From the human T2T-CHM13v2.0 reference genome, Homo sapiens: 64,000 nucleotides of DNA. The notes beneath the pieces were generated by a model, which saw only the letters and a program-made list of their open reading frames with translations, searched no databases and was not told the origin of the DNA. Below, in pieces: positions 58,246 to 64,000 of this stretch (positions within the stretch are counted from its first letter, which is position 1; the number at the start of each line of letters is the position of its first letter). Position numbers and translations under genes: made by a program. The stretch is from assembly GCF_009914755.1 (NCBI RefSeq), contig NC_060946.1; one strand, 5' to 3'.

Positions 58246-59174
58246 AGCCTATGTTTTTAACATAACATTTCAGAAGGAAGCCTCCTGTGAAAAGTGACTC
58301 CCACCTAAAAGAGAATCAGAGGGAATGAGCCCACTTAGGGTAGACAATTAGACAAATAAAAGGTGAGCCCCAACTTGACCCTGCAAGAAAAGCTTATACA
58401 TTTAACAGGCATTTTCCATCAGCACTTCATAAAATCAGCTTCCCTGGGTCCCCAGGAGCTGGTGGAAACAACACAACAGGTGATAGACCATAAATGTAAT
58501 AGTTTTTAGATTGCCAAATTAACAGGAAGAGAGACAATATACACAAAAGGTCCTCAACAAGAAGCGGCCCTAGCATCTTTAGAGGAACAAATAAAGGTAA
58601 ACTCAATCTCACTTGGTAATTACATTAATAAATCCATGGTTGGCAGTAATAGTATGCTACAACACCCAAATTTGCTTAAATGTTTGTAAGATACAATAAA
58701 CTGAAATTGCTGAAAGATTATCTTAAAAAAGAAATAGAATATGGCAAAAGGATTACTTGAGAAATCACATAAAAGAAAGTATCAATTTGTATTTATTTTA
58801 TATTTTCATTAATGATTTAAGAGAAATACATCATATAAAATAATATAAGTATATCCACAGGAGAAAAGGTTTAGCTGATATCTGATTTGTGTGCATGAGT
58901 GAAACTAAAAAAATAAAGTAAAACAGATTTAATCAGTTAGAAATACAGCCAACAATAATAAAAAATCAAATGAGCATCAATGTGGACAAATATAACGTAT
59001 TTATATGGGAGAAAGGGTATATTAATTTAGGTTGTCCCTGCCTTAAAAGAAATAAAATCTTAACACTTCCACAAAGACCAAACCACAGGAACACTGTGCA
59101 GGTTATGAGAGTTTTGTCTGCTTATACAAGCACCAGGACCAGTTTTCTCTGCTGCATTCAAGGATTACAAAACA

Positions 59175-59270
59175 GGCTGGTCTGAGTGCAATAGTAGTTA
59201 CAACTAACTGATCACAACCAGTTACAGATTTATCCTTCTCCACTCTCACTGCTTCATTTGACTAGCCTTT
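59175..59270 (+). pseudogene. Y3 RNA (RNY3) processed pseudogene with poly(A) tail
   Basis: GGCTGGTCTGAGTGCAATAGTAGTTACAACTAACTGATCACAACCAGTTACAGATTT...CCTTCTCCACTCTCACTGCTTCATTTGACTAGCCTTT aligns end to end with recalled hY3. A-tail at 59271-59295; flanking repeat tacaaaa(a)ca. Confidence 0.93.
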
Positions 59271-59412
59271 AAAATACAAAAAAAAAAAAAAAAAATACAA
59301 AAACAACTGACATAACAGATCAGACGTATATGTAAAGTGACCCAAACTGCACAGCTCTGCAGCAATGACAAAACTTAGGAAGCTGCACGAGGCTAAAATA
59401 AACAATGGCTAA

Positions 59413-59751
<339 letters not shown>

Positions 59752-60384
59752 TTACAACCATATGACAAAAAGAGAGGTCATTAAGATGTGGGATGATGCA
59801 CAGAACAATACTGTGCAATGTAACATACTCCATAAATTGTTGGTAAGAAAAGCCCACCTGGAATAGATACAGTGGTAAAGACAATGCTGAAAATAAATCA
59901 GATAAATTAAATTGCCTTAAGGGAAGAGAAGAAGATATTGAAGCACTCCAGGAACCAGTAAGAAGCTGCTTTCTCCAGGTTCAGCCTTAGGTCACTTACA
60001 TAAGATGGGAAAGAACCTGGTAGAGAAAACCCTAAGGGCGACAGCAGCTCTGAGCTATTTCCAGCAGCGCAGGGAAGATTTCCCTACATTTATCTAAATA
60101 GATCGCTTCAAAGGCAAAATGGTAAGTATGATTCTACTGATCTCAACACATTCACTCCAATATTCTAAGGCAGCAGCAGAAGCACCTCAGAATAAAGAGG
60201 TAGTATCTTCATGAACTAAATAAAAAATGTTCCATGTAAATTCCCTGTGGAGGGGTGTAGGGAGAGAACAAGAAAAAACTAGAAAATGGAAAGGAGAGAT
60301 AGGATGATTTTTTTCTTATTGTCCATTCTGCCCTGCTCCCTAAGCCCTGGAGCTCCAAAATGCATCTGCTGTAAGTCAGAGTTT

Positions 60385-60392
60385 GTTTATTT

Positions 60393-60424
<32 letters not shown>

Positions 60425-60712
60425 TTTTGAGACGGAGTCTCACTCTGTCACCCAGGCTGGAGTGCAGTGGTGCGATCTCGGCTCACTGCGACCTCCCCGC
60501 CTCCCAGGTTCAAGCGATTCTCCTGCCCCAGCCTCCTGAGTGGCTGGGACTACAGGCGCGCACTACCACACCCAGCTAATTTTTTGTTATTTTTAGTAGA
60601 GCCAGGGTTTCACCGTGTTGGTCAGGTTGGTCTCAAAATCCTGACCTCGTGATCTGCCCACCTCGGCCTCCCAAAGTGCTGGGATTACAGGCATAAGCCA
60701 ACACACCTGGCC
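60385..60712 (-). mobile_element. AluS (Sg/Sc-like) with (TTTA)n tail
   Basis: Reverse dimer; TSD agtcagagttt at 60374-60384 and 60713-60723. Confidence 0.95.
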
Positions 60713-61917
60713 AGTCAGAGTTTATTAACAGCAGGTCCCCAGGAGGTTTCAGCCTGTGGCAAAACCTCAGCTTTGTAGAGTTTATAAAATCGCATGACAC
60801 TTTCTTCCTAAAATATGAAATCCCTGAATTTCAGGAAAATATTTTTTATAGCTATGAATTACCCAGAGACCAAATGAGTACTGTTTAGTTTATCAAACTT
60901 TTATTTGGCACATACTTTGAGCCAAGTATAATACTAGCCACTATATTAAAAATATCTAAGGCTGCGAACATTTTCAAAACTAGATAAAATGTTGAATGAT
61001 GCTGCCATCAAAAATTTTAGGTTCATTTTTCCATATGAAAAATTCAAAAACATACCACTTCAGACTGAAAAACAGTTCTGCTTGACATACCCTGATTAAA
61101 ATGAATCATTATTAGCTGTCGACTGTCTACCATAAATCTGCCTCGGTGTCTCCATCACTCCCCAAAGATAGCAATTGCTATACATACTTTTAGTCAAATC
61201 TTCCCAAGAATTCATTCCTCAAAAATCAACATTCCTCAAAATGAAGCCAATCTGTTTTGGGCCTCAGAACTCCTCCAACCTCTACAGTACCATTTTCAAT
61301 CCATTCTTTTGTTTGTTCCAGAATACCAACCAGCGTAAAGTAGAAGTAAGAACAGGCAGAAAATATGTAAACTGGTATCTGTCTTGTTTTTTTCTTTTTT
61401 TATTTCAACATAATCTTTTAATGCTCCTCTGAAAAATTTGAGACACAGCCTACAATTAGATATGTATTTCTTTTATGAAATATAAGAATGTCAAATGTCT
61501 TATTTGAGTATTTCTAGAAGGCATATATTGGTCCATCTGAGATTCAATTTCCTACTAAAAGTGCTGTGGTTTAGAATTACAGAATTTCAGACTACAGAAA
61601 AACTATAAGGGTTTTTAAATAATCCCGAAAGCCAAAGAAGTTGATCCATTTACCCACTGTCATACAGTTAGTTAATGAAAAATTTAAGAATGTAATATAG
61701 GTCCACAAACTTCTAGGTGAGTGGCCCTTCTACCATACTATTCTGCCTCATTAACATCACTTGCTGGCAGTGATTCTTGATCTTCCTTGGTCTAAAATAT
61801 CAAATCTTAGCAAATTTGATAACCTATCAATTCTCTGTGCCTGAGCCTAAAGTCTTGGAAGGCTAGAAATGATCTTCTTTAAATTAATGTTATACCAAGT
61901 ACTTTTATCATATTTAC

Positions 61918-62065
61918 CTCTCATGGGAGATTTCATGGCGGCTTCCACCATCCCCACCAGAAGCTGGAGACTCTTGGGGTCTTGAGCCAGTCCAGATGCA
62001 AAGGCTGCCAGGGCATCGGCATGACGTCCAAGGTACTGGAGGGCAACACCCTGTCGGAAGTATGC
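61918..62065 (-). CDS. TTC28: TTC28 coding exon (probably exon 3), 148 nt, phase 0 to phase 1; TPR-containing
   Basis: Minus strand reads ...tttatttctAG|GCATACTTCCGACAG...ATGAGAG|GTaaat. It translates to AYFRQGVALQYLGRHADALAAFASGLAQDPKSLQLLVGMVEAAMKSPMR (TPR-like) and joins the next exon in frame. Not in the ORF track. Exon number is from recall. Confidence 0.96.
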
Positions 62066-62844
62066 CTAGAAATAAAAGATATATAAGATATATAATGCCT
62101 GTGCTCCAACAAGGCTGATGGTGATTCTTTACTAGAACAACAGGTCAGCAGAACTAAGATTGAGATGTACTTGATTTAAAAACCTAGTGAACAGTTGGTA
62201 ATGAAATGAACTAACTTCTAACATCATAAGCATACTTTTATCAGGCAACTTCTATTTAAAATTTTCATCTTTTCACTTCTAAGACACATCAATTTTATCA
62301 CATTCTTTGGTATTTATTCACACGTTACTTTTATTGTTTTTGAAGTATTTTAAAAATATTTCTTATCCCACCTTTAATGCCATAAGCTCCTCAGGAAAGG
62401 GACTTGAAGATCTCTTTATATCTCACCTAAGTATCTAGTACAGTGCAAAAATAAATGAGATGAATTCTACTTATTTTCTATTTCCCCCTCTTAAATAATT
62501 ACAAAGGAACAAATGAGTGTGTGATTACTTTTAAGATAATTTTAATAATGAGTGACACAACATGGCTACTTACTTTTAATATGTTGTTTCACACATAATA
62601 TTTAAAAGCAATTACCTATATGTGTGCTTTGCTTAGAAACCAAAAAAGGTTATTATCCTTTGTATTCTTTAAGTGAATTATTTTAAAAACTAGTATTATC
62701 AATTGTGATTATAGGAAAACATTCCTCCTTCTAACTAACTGCAGAAAAGACCAGAGAATTAGTAAGATATTTAAATATTTAAATTTTAGAATTTTAGAAT
62801 AGTTTTAAGAAACTACCATTTGTTTTCTTTTCTCTTTCTCGTTC

Positions 62845-63039
<195 letters not shown>

Positions 63040-64000
63040 TGACAAAGTGTTACTTGTATACAACCAGCAAATTAGGTGTTTACCTAATTAAATAATACAT
63101 ACAAATAACATATAATTAACATATTCATTGCTTATATGACAACATCTGCTTCTAAAATACTTGGTCTCCTATTCAACTGAAATATTCTTACAATTCTGTT
63201 TATAACACAAACTTATTTTTCTTCAACCCAATATACTTAGAAATTGTCACAAATTGTATTCATGGGATCTAAATGAAGTTTCAAACTCTTAAAACTACCA
63301 CTCAATAAAAAATATATAATTTAAAAATTTTATATTACAAATGCATATACACAGAGAGTGAGAAAGCACCTTTCGTGTTTACAAGATATATTTACTTATC
63401 TTACTTTTATAATGACTATTTGAGGTAATTTAAGAGAGGCAACACCATTCAGTGTTTCTATTAAAAAACAATCCATAAACAGAATGAATACTCAAATTAT
63501 TACAGACTACTGAGGCTTCTATTAAAGTACCAGTAGCTGTTAAAACTCAGACCCCAGTAAGATAATAACCTGTAAATGCACTTTCATTACTAATTCATAG
63601 GATCACTTCCCTTCACTGGACTCAGCCACTGTTTAAATCTTTAATGTGTTTACAAAGATTTTTCATTACCTTTTTCATTTCACTTTTTAGGTAGTTTCTA
63701 TATTGCAAGAGGCAACAGTATATTCCAACTAAAAATAACTATAGTTTACATAAGTACAGAAATGCTATATTAAAACTAAACTAAAAATATACATGTTTAT
63801 GTTTTTATATACAAATATGCCAAATAACTGTAAACTTATTAAGAGACACAAAAAATGTCTTAGTTACTGATTTCACATATTATAAGAAAAAATCTTAACT
63901 TAGTATCAATGAATTCTGATAACTTCTTACATATTTGAAGCAAAACATTACTTACTTGAGAGGGCAACTGATTTTCCTGTCTGCCAAATAAAAGCACTGA

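Overview
This is primate (almost certainly human) AT-rich, CpG-poor genomic DNA from inside the large TPR-repeat gene TTC28 on the minus strand (human chr22q12, from recall). Three coding exons can be placed to the base from their GT/AG boundaries and one continuous reading frame: 62065-61918 (148 nt), 53270-52998 (273 nt) and 51746-51616 (131 nt), probably exons 3-5. The rest is intron, including more than 51 kb of one very long downstream intron. It is filled with about 25 Alu/FLAM copies, L1M/L2/MIR fossils, THE1, MLT1 and MER4 LTRs, MER2/MER3/MER33/MER58 DNA-transposon relics and a Y3 RNA retropseudogene. Nearly all other ORFs in the supplied track are repeat-derived or chance. I found no prokaryote-type system (CRISPR, operon, phage). 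The best leads are: (i) the three exons form a 552-nt phase-0/phase-0 cassette that would give a stop-free, endless-ORF circle if back-spliced; (ii) two short sequences copied from 1.3-1.7 kb away, one sitting exactly at the 5' junction of an Alu that lacks a target-site duplication (TSD); (iii) several fold-back or template-switch micro-rearrangements. Repeat subfamily names come from recalled consensus sequences, and repeat boundaries are approximate.
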